Assembly (NCBI GenBank): GCA_030248215.1 | Contig: JASANG010003984.1 | Location: 248,001-312,000 of the forward strand | Direction: 5' to 3' | DNA: 64,000 nt | Source: Enoplolaimus lenunculus | Lineage: Eukaryota | In this document: positions 12,101 through 27,100 of the stretch, piece after piece | Numbering within the stretch: the stretch's first letter is position 1 | How the letters are laid out: every line of letters starts with the position of its first letter | Translations under genes and position numbers: made by a program | Notes under the pieces: generated by a model | Databases searched by the model: none | Seen by the model: the letters and a program-made list of their open reading frames with translations, nothing else | What the model was told of the DNA's origin: nothing

Positions 12101-15100
12101 TATGGTTCTCTGTCAACCCTGGCGGATTTGTACGCCCGTGGGAAAATTTCTAACCTCGAAACACAAATTTTATCAGTATAAAATTCGTGTAATTTTTGAA
12201 AACATGTTGTTCAGCAGACAATGATGACTGCGACAGGGGGGAGAATATTCCAGTTAGCACCCCCAGACAGTTGTAGCCCTAAGTTTTATAAGAAGAATGT
12301 TTATATTTTAACAGATCATTGAGATGAAATAAAGTTGAAAAAACATATTAGACAGGGGGGGTTCGCACACGAAACAAGCATTAATAATAAATCGATGTGT
12401 CAAAAACTTGACTGTCACAACTCACCTACCCGGTAAAACTTACTTTTTCAACAAAGTAAACCTACGGACTACGGTTTATGTTTGCTGAGCGAATAGAATT
12501 GAAATCAAATTGCATTAACACTACAGTGCTTTTCGAATTAGCTGCCTGGTGGCGACCCACGAAATCCGACAAAATTAAGGTAATTGGTTTCGTAAATTAA
12601 TTACCCTTTACTGCTTATACGTAATTATTGACAATTATGGTTGAAAAAATTAAATTAAATTATCAATTTTGAAATTATTCAAATACGAATTCGTATCAAA
12701 TCAAATACTTTTTGAAATCTATTTTAAAATTTGTCTTAAGAAAATATCAGCTAAACTGAGATTATTTAGTTATGCTAATGCTGATAACATGAGCTAAAAT
12801 TAATATCACGCGTTACTTTTTTAGCAGGGTTCCAACCGGAACTAGGTTTTGTCGGAAGCGGAATCGGAATCAAATTATTCTGTCGGAACCGGAACCGGAA
12901 TCGGAATCAAGTTTTAGTAATTCTATTAAAAGTTAAAGGTGTATGACTTAACTTTTGTTGCAGTATGCCGTTTTCCGTAAACTGTTCACAGTTTCAGTAA
13001 AAATTGTTCATATAGCAAACCAACAGAATAATTGCAAATGAACGAAACAAAACGAAACAAGCAAAATCTAAGTTCAATCATATTAAAAACTCATAACCGA
13101 AAAATCAGAATTCCGGCATCGGAACAGCAGTCAGCCGGAATCGGAATCGGAAGACAAATTTTGCCGGAATTTTAGCTGGAATCGGAATTCAGATAGAACC
13201 CTGCTTTTTACCAACATCATGGTCCATATTCTCAAATGTGTATAGCAAGTATTGTCACTTAGAAATCGGTTTTCAAAACGCGCTAACCATTGCAGTTGTT
13301 GAGCTCAAATATTGTACAAAAGTACGGCGTATCAACTTTGAAAAATGTGCTGGATTTTGAAACGCAACATTCACTGGTTCGAAAGTTACAAGACCTACCC
13401 ATCAATTGGTAAAAGGTGCTACACACATTTAACAATACGGGGTCTGAATCACCTGTTTGATCTCTTGGACAATTAAGTACGTCTTAAGGACTACTTGTTG
13501 CAGTGGTTTCTCAGGATCACACAAACACTTACTGGAGCAAAAATATAGCTTCAACCAATGATACTCCAACAAAAAAACTTGTTACTTCTCATTTGCTAAT
13601 TGGGGTTGTCCTGAACAGCAAATAGGATTTGAGACATTCGCAGTTGTCAACTGGGACAAATAGCTGTTCAAAACAATAGAAAAATATATTCTGTTGCCAA
13701 CCGTGGCAATTTTTGCCATATTTTCTTTGCAATATTTGCCAAAAGTTTGTGCTTATACATCTGCTGATCGTTGTTTATTTGCCATTAGTAAAAAACATAA
13801 ATATGTCAAACTATTAATTCTACATAAAATAGCATGGAATACAATTTAAAATAAGAATATCACCGTTTCAATTTGTGTTCTTCAGAATTAAACCAAGCTA
13901 AATTTGTCATAATATTTAACTTTTATTTCATTTCTGCTAAAATTTAATTTAATTCCTAAAAAGCCTTTTACCGGGTACAAGAGTGGGAAGTGGGTAAGGA
14001 TTGTTCTATCCGACTCACACTTTACCAACGCAAACAGCAATTTTTGTTACCCGCCGGTATACCCGCGCAAAAAAGATCTACCCACGACCCACCTTTTACC
14101 CGCGCCTCACGTCAAACCAGTATTTTAAACATCGCTGGTGATTCGCGGTTTAATGAAGTTTTGCGATATAGCTTCAATGAATTTTACAAATGAATTTTGC
14201 TAGAAACAACAAAATTACAAACCCAGCTCAAGAAAGATACGGAGTGCACCTGACCAGAAATAAAACAGACAATTGCGTAAGTTTTCCACCTTGAAACTTT
14301 AAAGTTTGCCGCGCGTAAAAACTGTTAATTTTTTTACTCGCATGATAAAAACCTTTACCCGCGGGTATACCCACACCTGAAATTATTTACCCGACCCGCG
14401 TTGTCCCGCGACTACCCAGTACATTTTATTGAGCTTGCATTAATACTAACTTTCCTAATGTTAAAGGTAATCAAAGTTTGAAATATTGAGCAAAACCTAG
14501 TGCAACAACTCAGGCTCGTAACCAGCTCATCTTGCTAGACGGAGTTAAAACAATTTCACACTATTGGCATACAAGGGTTTTCGATGACTTATAAGCAATG
14601 TTGCAAAAATTTCTAGACGCATGGGTAAAATTTTTGCACAGAGTGCTGAGCACCCTTGCACCCTCTGTGGCTGTGGCCACGTTGCACCTGCAAAAACAAC
14701 TGCTCTATGAACAATGCACTAAATAATCGCAGTGTCAAATATCAAATTGCATAACGTATACCCTGTCATTACACTGAATAATTGTTTAAAAAACACAACT
14801 CTGCTGAACGCACAATATCTCAGACACATATACTTGAATAGTACCCCCCGATAAATTTTAAAAATTCAGCTCTGTTCAACAATTAATCCTTAGCTATCAA
14901 AAATTGAGTTAAGCACCAGTTTTAAATATGCCAGACCACACTACAAAAAATGGTGAGTCAAATTGACTCTCTCCGAAATAGGCTTTGTCTGACTACACAA
15001 TCTGAGTCATAATTTGAAACTGCCTGAGTCAAATTCGACTCAATTAGAAAGCCTAAAATTGCTGTCATTATTTAGTTGCACACTTGTTGACCAACTTATT

Positions 15101-18100
15101 ATGTAAACGGTATTACGACAATTCGTCGCCCGACAGCTTGTATGCCGAAATTTCATCGACTCGATAGTTCGATCAATATACTAGGATTAGTCGTAGAATT
15201 TACGCTTAGGATTCGGCTTAGATTTATTCAAAGGCTTCAGTGCACTGTTGGGCGACGACTTGTCGTAGATTCTATGGCCATTTATAGACAATAGAGAAAT
15301 AAATTAATTGTTTTGAATTTTTACTAATGTCACAAGATTTTAACAAGAACCACGCCATGACATTGACTTGATATGGATCCGCTTAATGCATATTTTGCCA
15401 GAAAAGGCAAATATAACAATTATGTTAACGAAATTTTTAGTTTTCTTAAATATTTCGCTTATAGAAACATTTATACAAATGTGTTTAGTTAATTCTAAAA
15501 AATAGCAACCAAAAACCTAATAGAAATCCAAATAAAACGCTTTAAAAACCCATATTTGAAATAATAAATACGCTTAAAAACCATGAGAAAAGTGTTTGAG
15601 CTAAAACAATGGCTGGGTTTCTGAAATCTGACTTAAATATTTACTTAGGTTGCGTTTAAGTAATTACTTAAGCAGCTGACTTAAGTAAATACCTAACTTT
15701 TTGAGCAAAAACAAATAAACGCAAATGCGAACTAATGACATAACAAGAAAGTAACAGTTTTGCTTTATTAAGGAGGTACCTTGAGTGTACAATTTCAATT
15801 AGATCAAGGTTAGTATGCCTGAACTATTAATTTGTAATGTTTAGGCAGTGACTTAAGTATTTACTTAAGTTAAGTAAACTTTTCGAAATGACAAAATGAT
15901 TAAGTAATTACTTAGCACGTACATAAATACTAAGTCGTGCTTAAGTAGGGTTTCAGAAACCTAACCGTTATCTACAAAAATCGAAAACCAATAAAAATAC
16001 GATAAATTCGAGGTCCGATTGAGATAGTCAGAAATGATTGGCTGAAATAAGTGCTGAGAGGTTGCAGAACGAATGAAATTGAACGAAAACAATTTCGATA
16101 ATCTCTAAACAAAATATTCCTCAGAATACAGGAAAAACTGTCGGAAAAAGCATTTAATCGTTAACGCATGTCGATTCCTTCCTTAATAAAATGCACTTAG
16201 TTACATACATAAGTCGTAGGCCAAACTGCAATTCAGGCTATTTTAATAATAACTGACCTCGTTCAATATCCAATTTTACGCAAATAGCAGTTTGGCATAG
16301 GCTAAACTGCTATTCATCTGACTATCCAATCACATTTGATTTTCACATGAGATGCATTATCGACAACCAAATCAGAATTAGTTCTATTTTATTGATGTTC
16401 AATGTAATCTTTTGTATTAATTTGGATCACTTTAAACTGCAATTTTCTCCGAAACGAAATCTTTCGCAGGTCAATTATTAATTGGCCTAAATAGCAGATT
16501 GGCTTACGACATATATGCTTTTGTTTAGCGTCTTATCACCAAATCATCAACTATTGCTACTACGAAATAGCGATAGATCCTCCTGACTGAAATAAGGTTG
16601 AATTCAGGGGATCAGGGGTTTGGAGCCCCCGTCAATTTCTGAAGTCAGCAAATACAGGAGCGTTTGAACCTAGAAATATCTTTTCAGCAAGTATTACTGA
16701 TTTTAATAATATATAATTTTTCTTAAACCGATCTGAGGTACCATATTCAAAACGAAATCCTCTTGACAAGTTTTCCCATCCTCAATACAAAAGTTTTCGC
16801 TCTCGTTTCAAGTAAAATTCGTGCCTGTCTTTTTTGAAATTTTTTGACCTCAAAATATGTTGTTACATTTTTAAGCTTTACGATAACATTTGAGTTTAAA
16901 ATTTAAACGTTTCAAATAACATCCTACGCCAAAATTGTATCAGACAGCTGTGACCGTCATCGCTCCCTGTCTACAGTCCATTCTCACGCATTTCCACATT
17001 AGCAATTTTCCTACAGCAAATCTAACCTTACAACCTACCTTTCTGCAATTAAACAAAACAACTAAACCCCTATTCATACGTGCGAGATTTTTGCTGCGAG
17101 AAACTGCAAATGCAACTTGCAAATATTGCTACAAACCGCATGAATTACAACTGCAAGTTATAATTGCGACTTCTCGCTGCAAAATTTGCACACATGAATA
17201 CGGCTCAACTCATACTAAATTTTAAGTTGCTTTGACCGTTGCACCTGAGCAATTTTAACGTCCAAATTTGAATGTAGTCCTGAATCTATTCAACTCAATC
17301 AGACCCCTTTCACAAAATGTTAATAAAATAGCAAAAAAAACAATATATACGACATAAGATATATATACAAATTAAAAATTATCTAAGATCACATAGCTAA
17401 TTAGGACTACTTTCAAATTTGAAAGTTTTTGCTCAAATGCAACGATTAAGTCAAGTCAACCGAACGATCTAAAACACTAAAAAGCCATGAACAATAAAAC
17501 GAAAATGTTTACCGAATTTTTTTAAATCCGTATACTCCACGTCCATATTTTCTCACCAGTTTAGCTAACAAAACAAATCGTAAGCTTCTGATGAACCGAC
17601 AATTCGTCGCTCGACAACTTGTAATCCGAAATTTCATCGATTCGACAATTCGTCGTCCATCATTATGCTTAGGCTTAGGATTAGGCTTTTAGGATTATGT
17701 TTAGACATATTCGTAGGCTTTAGGACACTGTTTGGGCGACAAGTTTTCGGGCGACGAAGTTTTCGTAGATTCTTAGCAGGGAGGGGGGTGTATTCACCCT
17801 CAGTCACAGCGTACATGTCCACAACATGCGTTTCATAATCACTTGCGTACTGAACGGTGGAACAATTTTGAAACCACTACTTACGTGTCCCTTGAGCCAA
17901 ACTTGAAAGTAGCCCTAACGTTTGCTACCCTTTAAAATATAACACAAATACTACTAGAAACTAAAGGTCTTCATTGTCAAATGTGTGTAGCACCTATTAC
18001 CAGTTAGTGATAGATTTTCAAACTAACAAACTCCGGTCGTTACGGACGTCAAACTTTGTGCGCACAAGTATTGCGAACAAAGTATGACAAATGTATTGAA

Positions 18101-21100
18101 TTTCAAACCTCACCATTTGTTGATTAGGAAGTTACAAGATCTATTCACCAACTGATAATAGGAGCTACACACAATCGACAATACAGGCACTGATCCAATA
18201 AATTGTCGAAATGGTTCACAGTTCAAATTTTTCGCAATCACAGATGGTGTTTAGCAGGCACTGATTAGACAAAGACCGGAGACATGGCACAACGCTTGTT
18301 TGACCCCAAATATTTGAAAGCATCATACGAGGCACATCGGACGTAGACCCAAAATGCAATTCGCCAGAAGGGACAGCTGAGAAGACCAACATGAGTGATC
18401 AGTGAATAACATGTTACTTACGCAAGTTATTGTGGATTCTGCATTAATCGAGTTTCTTACTACATAGGCCCGTAGCCAGCTCACCTTGCTGGAGGGGCAG
18501 ATTTTTTCAGGAGGGGCATTCAAGGGTTTTCAATGACTTACAAGCAAGATTGAAAATCGTCTGGTGGGACCAAAATTTTTCCATGGGGGGTTGAGCTCCC
18601 CCTGGACACCCCTTGGCTCCGGGCCCGCTACTACAAGTTTGGCAATTTTCACAAGTTTAAAAATCAAACTGAAAAATACTTTATGAATTGATAAATTATT
18701 AAACAATACTGATAGTAAAGACTCAAAAAAACAAGGCTAATCACAAAATTTAATGCAACTTCCACAATAACGTCCGTAATTTTGGATCACTTTTGAACCG
18801 GAGTGAGTGATGGATACTGAAATTGTTTTTGGTTTTACCAAATAGCTTACAAGAGTATAAAGGCAAGAATATTGAAGGCACACAGAAATAACAACGACAG
18901 TTACTACGGTTCAGAAGCAGGATTGGGGGTGGTGGTGGAATGGATCGTGGATGCTGAGCAAATTCCACGGAGGGGAGATGCAGCAAAAAAACATCAGACG
19001 AAAACAGGTTTCAGATCAAACGCAGGGGGTTCACTGCCCATAAATAGTCCGTCGATTGCGTGGTATTTGACGCCTCGGACTGTCATGTCTGTAAATATAG
19101 AGTTAATCGTTTTAGTTTCAGCAAGAGTCGGTTGATGAACCTTTGAACAAAAGTGTGTGCAACTTATGAAAATATAAGTGTCATGAAAGGTACTACTGCG
19201 CGTTGGGGGGGTCGGTCAATAACGCAACGCCCGGTGGTACTGTTTGGAGCATGCGGAACCCAAACAGTTGCATACTCTTGTATCATACACTCTTGGTTTA
19301 TGAAATTTAAATTTGAACATTCCAATTAGTTTAGTTTCTCAAATTCAATTCAAAATCACAAACTGTTTCGGTATGTTTCGAAGAATTTTTTAACATGAAA
19401 GAATTTACAAAATTTCGTACATAAATCATAATAAGTGTGTTGGTTTGCGCTAACCAGGTTTCATGATAAGCTCACACAAATGGCCTGTATTCTCAAATGC
19501 GTATAGCAGCTATCACCAGTTAACGATAGGTTTTCAAACTTACGCAATTTCTATATATAATTGCGAAACTAAAAAGAAACTGACTACACCTAGGACAAAT
19601 CAAATGCGAAAAATGTGAATAATTTCAAACCTGGATCATTCACTGGTTCGAAAGTTACATAGCTATCACAAATATGGGTGATAGACGCCATACTCATTTG
19701 AAAATATGGATCCTTGTCCTAGTTAATAAATGACACTCCCAACATAACAAAGGCTCAATTTATACCATTCAGTGTGAAAGCTACAAACAGGGACGGCGGT
19801 CTAACTTACAAGAATACTACTATCACAAGTACTTAAGCCGGCAGCAGGCGGCTTTGTTTTGAAATCGAAGATGACCCTGTACAGATGTCACTGCACCCAG
19901 CGCCTCTAAATATCTGTACACCTTAGGCTATGGTAGCTGAGATCACATTTTTTGCCAGAATGTGTGAGCTTTCGGGCTGCACGAAAATTTTCATAATAAG
20001 ATTTTGGCAGAAAGATTCCGTACAAGCTGGTGTCGGTAGGCATGGCTTTGATTTGGAAGATTCTAAGCTGAAAAGCGCAGCCCTCGAAGTGTCGGTGTTC
20101 TAGTGAGCCGTTTACAATGGTGTGCGCACAGATTTAAAAATACTTGCAAACGATGAATAAACATCATATGTACAGTAAAATAGCTAAATTTGGGAGATTC
20201 ATAGCCGAAACTGCGAAGGTGTAACAAAAACCCAAAAAGGATTCGCCAGATACAAACATCCGTAATGATAATTAGCGTTCGTAAAAAGACTGGTTTAGGT
20301 TTACGTACGTGACCAAATAATTCAGCTGTTCAATAGTTATTTGTCAAGTAGACGCTGGAAAAACAGGCCGAAATGCATCTAGAAAACTTAATCAGAAAAA
20401 ATAATATTTAATTACAAACTCAACATTTCAAGAGAAATTGTGTTAAAAAAATTGGTAAAAGGTCATGTAGATATACATATACATCAGCGTTCCGACAGGA
20501 AGTAAATTTTCCGGAACAGGAACAGCAAGAACAATTGAACTTTTTTACACGAACCGGAACAGGAATCAGAATTTGATATACTTTTCATCACCTAATGCCT
20601 GTTATAGAAAACTTGCCAAAAATCGCTTAAACGAATTTTCAGGCTATTTCATCAGCAAGATAAGCGAAAACATATCAGAAATAGTTTATTAACAAAATTA
20701 AAGTAATCACAAAAACACTCATATTGAGATAGCAAGTTTTCCAGGACACAAAAGCGTAAAAATTCCGGTTCCTGCACCTTTGAATGTAGGAACAGGAACA
20801 GGAACAGGGATTAAATTTTTGCAGGAATTCCGGCTTAGTTCTGATGTATACAGGGCCGGAGGAGCCACCCCCCCCCATACTCCCCATTTGGGGGCCCCAC
20901 CCCTAAAGGGGACCACCCCACCCTAACCGGTTGAAACAAAAAATGCTTAAGTTTAAAATATGCCTGGCTTCTCGTTCGCGTCGCTCGCGAGTTTGTGAGC
21001 CCCCGCCCGGAAATTTGGGGAGAGCCTCTACCCCTGCGTGCTCCGGCACTGTATATATACTTGTCCTTCAGTGCCGAGGGTGTCGCAAGTGACAAAATTG

Positions 21101-24100
21101 TTTACAAATTGCTATCATGGTAGCGGACGGCACCGGATTTACATTAAAATTGTCAAAAAGAATAGCGTCAGCTTAAATGTACTGATTAAATTTTTCTAAG
21201 TACCTTTAATTATTAGCTAGATCAGTGAGCATAAATAAATCGCTTTCAGCTTATATTTTTATTGTTAACATGTCTGGCACACTGTGATGAATAAATTTGT
21301 TTCAGAGTTTCTAGTTTACTTAGCTACTTGGTTTAGTAAGTTTATGAACACTTTTTGTTGGCTTATTAACTAACATATGCACCTTTTACAGCAATTTCAG
21401 CTAACGCTGTCCAAAATCGCGTAAAATGAACTTAGATTAAACGATCGTTAAAAGAGATTTTGTGCTTAAATTTGACAAAATTGTCGTTAGAGCGACCAAG
21501 ATAGCGTCTCGGCTGAATAAATTTTTTTCCACAATTTATCTTGTTTCATTGGCTTGTTTTTCAGCAGACACCAGCGCTAGAAATGATTTTGTAGGCATCG
21601 TTGACAAAACTATTATGAAAAGACCACACTCGTTTGAACAATTACTGCAACTCTAGGTTATATTTCTCGGCTGAATAAATTTTTTCCAAACATTACCTGG
21701 TTTCGTTGGCTTTTTCGGCGAGTCGACCCCGTGTCGCGATGCCTGATTTTCAACCGGAATTTGAGCACAAGTAGCACCAGTAGAGTATTGTGATGGTTTA
21801 GAAGTTTCACTGGAGTCATGATAACGCTGACGTGGCACATTTTGAGTGGAATTACACGTAATTGACGCGATCCGTTCAGCGCTCTGTGTAATATTAATTG
21901 GTTCAGTGTGTGATGACTGCATATTAGCGACGGTGGCAGGTGATTGGTTGAAATTTAACGTGGATTCAGTATTAATTTGATTCAACGGAGTTGCAGTTGA
22001 AGATGCTGGAGTTATTCGGTGGATTATGCGATCTTCTGAGCAAGTTGTTGCATCTTCGATTGCTGCTAAAATAACAACGTGAAACAACCAGTTTGAATTA
22101 CGATAAATTGAATATATTCACGTGAGAAAGGGTTAAACAAACATTGCGAACAATTGCAAATTTTGAATCAAATAAGTAATGAGTGGTGAATATTTCTCTA
22201 AAGCCGTATTCACACGTGCAAATTTTTGTTGCGAGAACTTGCAGCTGCAAATGGCACCCAGAACTTGCATTTTTTCATCAGCCTATGAGAAAGCGGATGC
22301 AATAAATTGAGCTAACTTGCAGAGTTATTCACATATGTGAACTAAATTCTTAACTTTGATTTTTAATGAATTATTTGCAGATGTCAGCTTTTCGAACGTG
22401 ATTTTGGACAAAACTTGCAAGTGAAAGTTGCAGCTGCAAGTTTTTGCCGCGAAAACTTGCACGTGTGAATAGGTCTTAATTCGATAGGACTGTATTGTGA
22501 AACTTCATGCTACACGAAATGTTTGAGAGGGTAAATTAAGCAAAAATGTTATTTAGCTTAAATAGAAATACGTGTTGGCGATAAAGCTTAAGCAATGGAT
22601 TTACAAGGTCTGGATGTGAACATAATTTCACAATTTGTCTCGCAAAACAGCCAATGACGGTTTCAATTCAAATCTGACAATGCGTACTTTAAGCAGTAAA
22701 TTCAATTCCAGTCTACATCGATTAAATGGCTCATGTATACAACAGGGCCGGAACAGTAGTATAAGCATATTCCTAAGCCTAAGCCTAAGTCTAAACCTAA
22801 GCGTATGGATGAGCCTTTTCCTAGGTCTAAGTCTAAGTCTAAGCCTAAGCAAAAAATTAGTCTAAAGCTTAAGCTTACTCTGTTGTAGTCCCATACAAAA
22901 ACTTGCCGCCCCCGATCTGTACAAGAGCCCCTGAGCTTAAGCATAATGAAAGGTGACGAATTGTCGAGTCGATGAAATTTTAGATTACAAGTTATCACGC
23001 GACGAATTACCATCTCACAACAAATAGTAGTAGTAAGTAACTCACCCAACATTTCAAGATACGTATACTTTTTCGACGTTTTATCGTACCGCAGAAGCCT
23101 GAGATAAACGCTGAGACCGGCATTTCGTAACAAATCAACTGCTTCTTTATTGCTTCGATTTTCTAGCGATTGATTGTTTACCTGAAATTAAAACAACAAA
23201 TTGTTTACTAAAACAACAAATTGTTTACTAAAACAACAAATTGTTTACTAAAACAACAAATTGTTTACTAAAACAACCAGTAGCCAGGTATATTTCATCT
23301 TACCGCCGGCGTAAATAAATTGCAGCGATATATACTTTACATATTTTGAAATGTTTTTTCAAATCCACCCTAACATTGTAGTTTGAAAATGAACGTCGCA
23401 AGGGGCCCAGTGTCGTATGGTGACAAGGGTCATACACGAGTTTTCGTACACTTACAAGCAAGGTTGAAAATTTTGTAGCAGAGGCCAAAATTCTGCCCCA
23501 TGCCCCCTCTGCATACCAACCCCCCACACTAGGCACTACAGATGGATATCGTAAAATATTTGTTGAAAATGCTTTGGGAAGCATGACCTGTATGTGTCTC
23601 CCAAATAAAGTAAACCAAAAGTATAGATTGGTTTAGTATATTGGTTTAGTATATAAAAGTAATAGAGTTCATCGGCAATTTATTTTGCACAAAATTCAAC
23701 TGAGAATCTATGCCGTGAGTTTGGGGTTAAAAACTGCATCACAATATTTTTTATAAGATTCCTGTCCAGAAAGGATAGCAACCATACTTATCTGAGTTCT
23801 TTTGGAGACCGAATCCGTTGTCATAGGCGAGCCGGCGGCGACTAAGCCCCCTGATCGAATTTCGATTTCCCGTACTGTAGTGACCAGAGTAAGAGGGGGT
23901 AATAAGAGGGGAGTCCCCATTTTGAGTCCGGATCAATAGGAATCCGTATCCCTAATAAGTGTCCGTAAGCGGATATAGTCCCTAAACCCTAATTAGAGTC
24001 CATAAATGTCAATTAACCCTAATTGTAGCGCAAAAATGACTCCAGGACCAAATAATTTGAGTGCGAAACTTCAAAGCGTACTTAAATTTTGAAAGTACAT

Positions 24101-27100
24101 TCCTAAGTATAACCTAGTATTATCGCTCAAGCTATTGACACAATACAAATAAACGTTTAATTTAACGGATAATTGCAGTACCGGATATATATCAGTAACG
24201 AAAGGCGGCGGAGCGTGGGTTAAAAATAAATAACAGTCCGTAACCGAATAACAAGGGGGGTACACTCTGGAGAGGCCAAATAAATATCAGTCCCCCCCGT
24301 CTTATTCGGGTCACTACAGTAGAAATTGTTCAACCTTGCTTGTAAATCATCGAAAACTCTTGTATGGTCATCCTGAAAATTGTTCACCACCCTGTAGCAA
24401 GGTGAGCTAGCTACTGTCGTGTTTTACACGCTATGATGAGCCCAAACGTTAGATTATTCGGTTGTAAAAAACAGTAAAAAAACTCACTTCAATAATTTGA
24501 TCATGCGGTCGAATTCCACCGTGACGTGCAGCAACGCTATTTTCAGTAATATTTTTCACAAATATTCCTGATATTTCTTCTGAAAATACAAAAAAATAAA
24601 AAACTTTAATTTTTAAAACATTGAAAGTAAAAATAAATGAGTTCATATTAGCACCGAGACGAAAATGCAACATAGGGCCTAATGAAGTGGGGGGGGGGTC
24701 GGATTTGGGCATGCCATGGACAAGGATCGACCGGATATTTAATTTTACAGGATACCGGAACCGAAGTCGGATAGTGAATTTTGTACCGGAACCGGAGCCA
24801 GATGTTAACCGGATACAGGATCTAAATTTGTACACTGTTGGAACCAGTTCAGTCGTGCAAAAACATGTATTTATGGATTTAAGATTAATTTTTGGTTTGG
24901 ATTCTTCATTCCATGTCAGTGTTCATTCAATAATTGCACGGAATTGCAATCGCTTCAAAATATCTAGTATTTTGACGTGCAAAAAACAGTTTTATGATAT
25001 TTGGAACCACAAACATCCGGTATCCAGTAGGTTTATACCGGATACCGGACACAGATACGAATGTCGGATTTTGCCAGACATTAAACCGGAAAAAGGTATC
25101 CGGTCGATCCCTGGCTATGGACCAGGCTGTTTCGTATAAGGAACAAATCAGGAAAATCCATCAATGTTTCGGAACCAAAATGACAATGTTTTTCCGTAGA
25201 ATTTGAAATTTGCTAAAAAGTAAAGTTGAAAATTTAATTTTGAATTAATCTTTACATTTACTGCGTGGAGAAAATGCATAGGAACGATGCTGGCGTATCC
25301 TCGAGAAACACTGTGGTGTACGAATTAGTACTAAAATAGCGTATGGCTTAATATTTACTGCACGGCCTTTTCCATCACAAATTTCAGGATCTGCCATTTG
25401 GGAACAAAGTCCGCCTGTGACAGGCCGATGCATCCACTCCTGTAAGAGTGAGAGCATCCTGATGCGAGCTATGCTTACAATCATGGTCCATAAATACGCA
25501 TATTTTGAGGTACGAAAAACAGATTAATAAACCATGTGTGGTGCATATTAACCATTGTGGGATGGACCACTGCCAGACAGGAAGACTCTTAGGCATGGAT
25601 TTTAGTCCTAGTTTCAGGCGTAGGAATAGGCCTAGGTTTAGGCTTGATCTTCAGCATAATAGCTTTAGGTATAGACTTAGGTTTTGGCATATGCTTACAC
25701 TTACGATTAGGTTTATTCTTCTTGCGCTTCAGCTTAGCTTTAGGTATAGGCTTAGGTTGTGGCATATGCTTACACTTACGATTAGGTTTATTCTTATGCT
25801 AACACTTAGGCTCACAAGGCACAAGGCAGACCCTTTAGAGTTGACATGGACCACCAAATCGTAATCCAAGACACAAAACAAATAGCGAGTAGTACCAGTT
25901 TATTGCTGTGTTCTAAACAATGCTGCCCGTAGAAAATATATTAATTTGAGCGAAACCTAATAAGTTTTATTGTGACCACAACCTGATAATCAAAGCACAA
26001 CGTCACTGGCGGATTCAAGGACCCCTCCCAGCCAACGCCCACCCTCAACAGGGATCAAACCTAAGAGATTTTGTAGGAAGGCTTTGGCACTAAAATGGCG
26101 TTAGGCTTCTGGTTCGTTGCCAGCTGACAAGTATTTTTCAACTATTATAACCCGCGCTTTAGATTTTAGAAATTTCTGGATCCGCCACTATACAACGCTA
26201 AACCGCCATTGTCCAGTTATATAACAAATGTTACGGGGCATCACACCCGTAGCCAGCTCCCATTGCTAGAATTGGCTAATCATGTTTCAGGACGGACATA
26301 CACGAGTTTACAATGACTTACAAGCAAGGTTGAAAATTGTAAAAACCACACCCATGCCCCGTTCTTGGCTGTGGGCCCGCAGGCGATCAGTCGACTTCAA
26401 TGGGACCAAAAAGTCACACGGCATCGTTTTATAGGTGCCACACACAGATTGAAATACGACTATTCGACTCTCAAAGCATCGGTTCGGTGTTCGCGATGAG
26501 AAAAACAAACGCTAACCATGTTTCCGGTCTAAAAACCCTTTAATCCTTTAATCTACTAAACTCACCGCTAGTTTTCAACGCAAGCAACACTATAAAACAG
26601 GGGCCCAAAACAACATATTAGCCTAAACCTCAAAAAAATGCGTACCATTTGCAAAAGAGAAAAATACATAGCTAGACGTTTTTTTGCAGACTGCAAAAAT
26701 ATATAATTGTGTTCTGTACAGTTTAGCCACGGGCGTACCCAGATGATAGCTAAAGGATGGCTTGCGTCTAAAATTGTTCTAACATACTTGTGTATGCGGG
26801 GACATTGCTCGGGTAGCAGTTCGGAAGGGTATAACATAGACCCGTTGCCAGCTCACCTTGTTAGCGGAGCTATGCATTTTTCAGGAAGGGAATAAAACGA
26901 TTTTTTCGATGACATACAAGCAAGGTTGAAAATTTTCTTAGGGGGGGGGGGGCAAAATTCTTCCAGGAGGATTGATAACCTTGCCACCCTGTGGCTACGG
27001 GCCCGAAGCTATAATCTGTATAACAAAAGTTTTCGACGTCTAAGGATTGCGCTATACTTGACGTCCGGCGACATCCGTCACCGTGCGTTGCCCGTACGGC

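Noticed and set aside
19923..20067. Possible extra exon after a TTTCAG (…[17 protein letters not shown]…)
   Set aside because: It hits a stop immediately in the incoming phase 1, the donor is weak (GTGTAC), and I recognise no homology.
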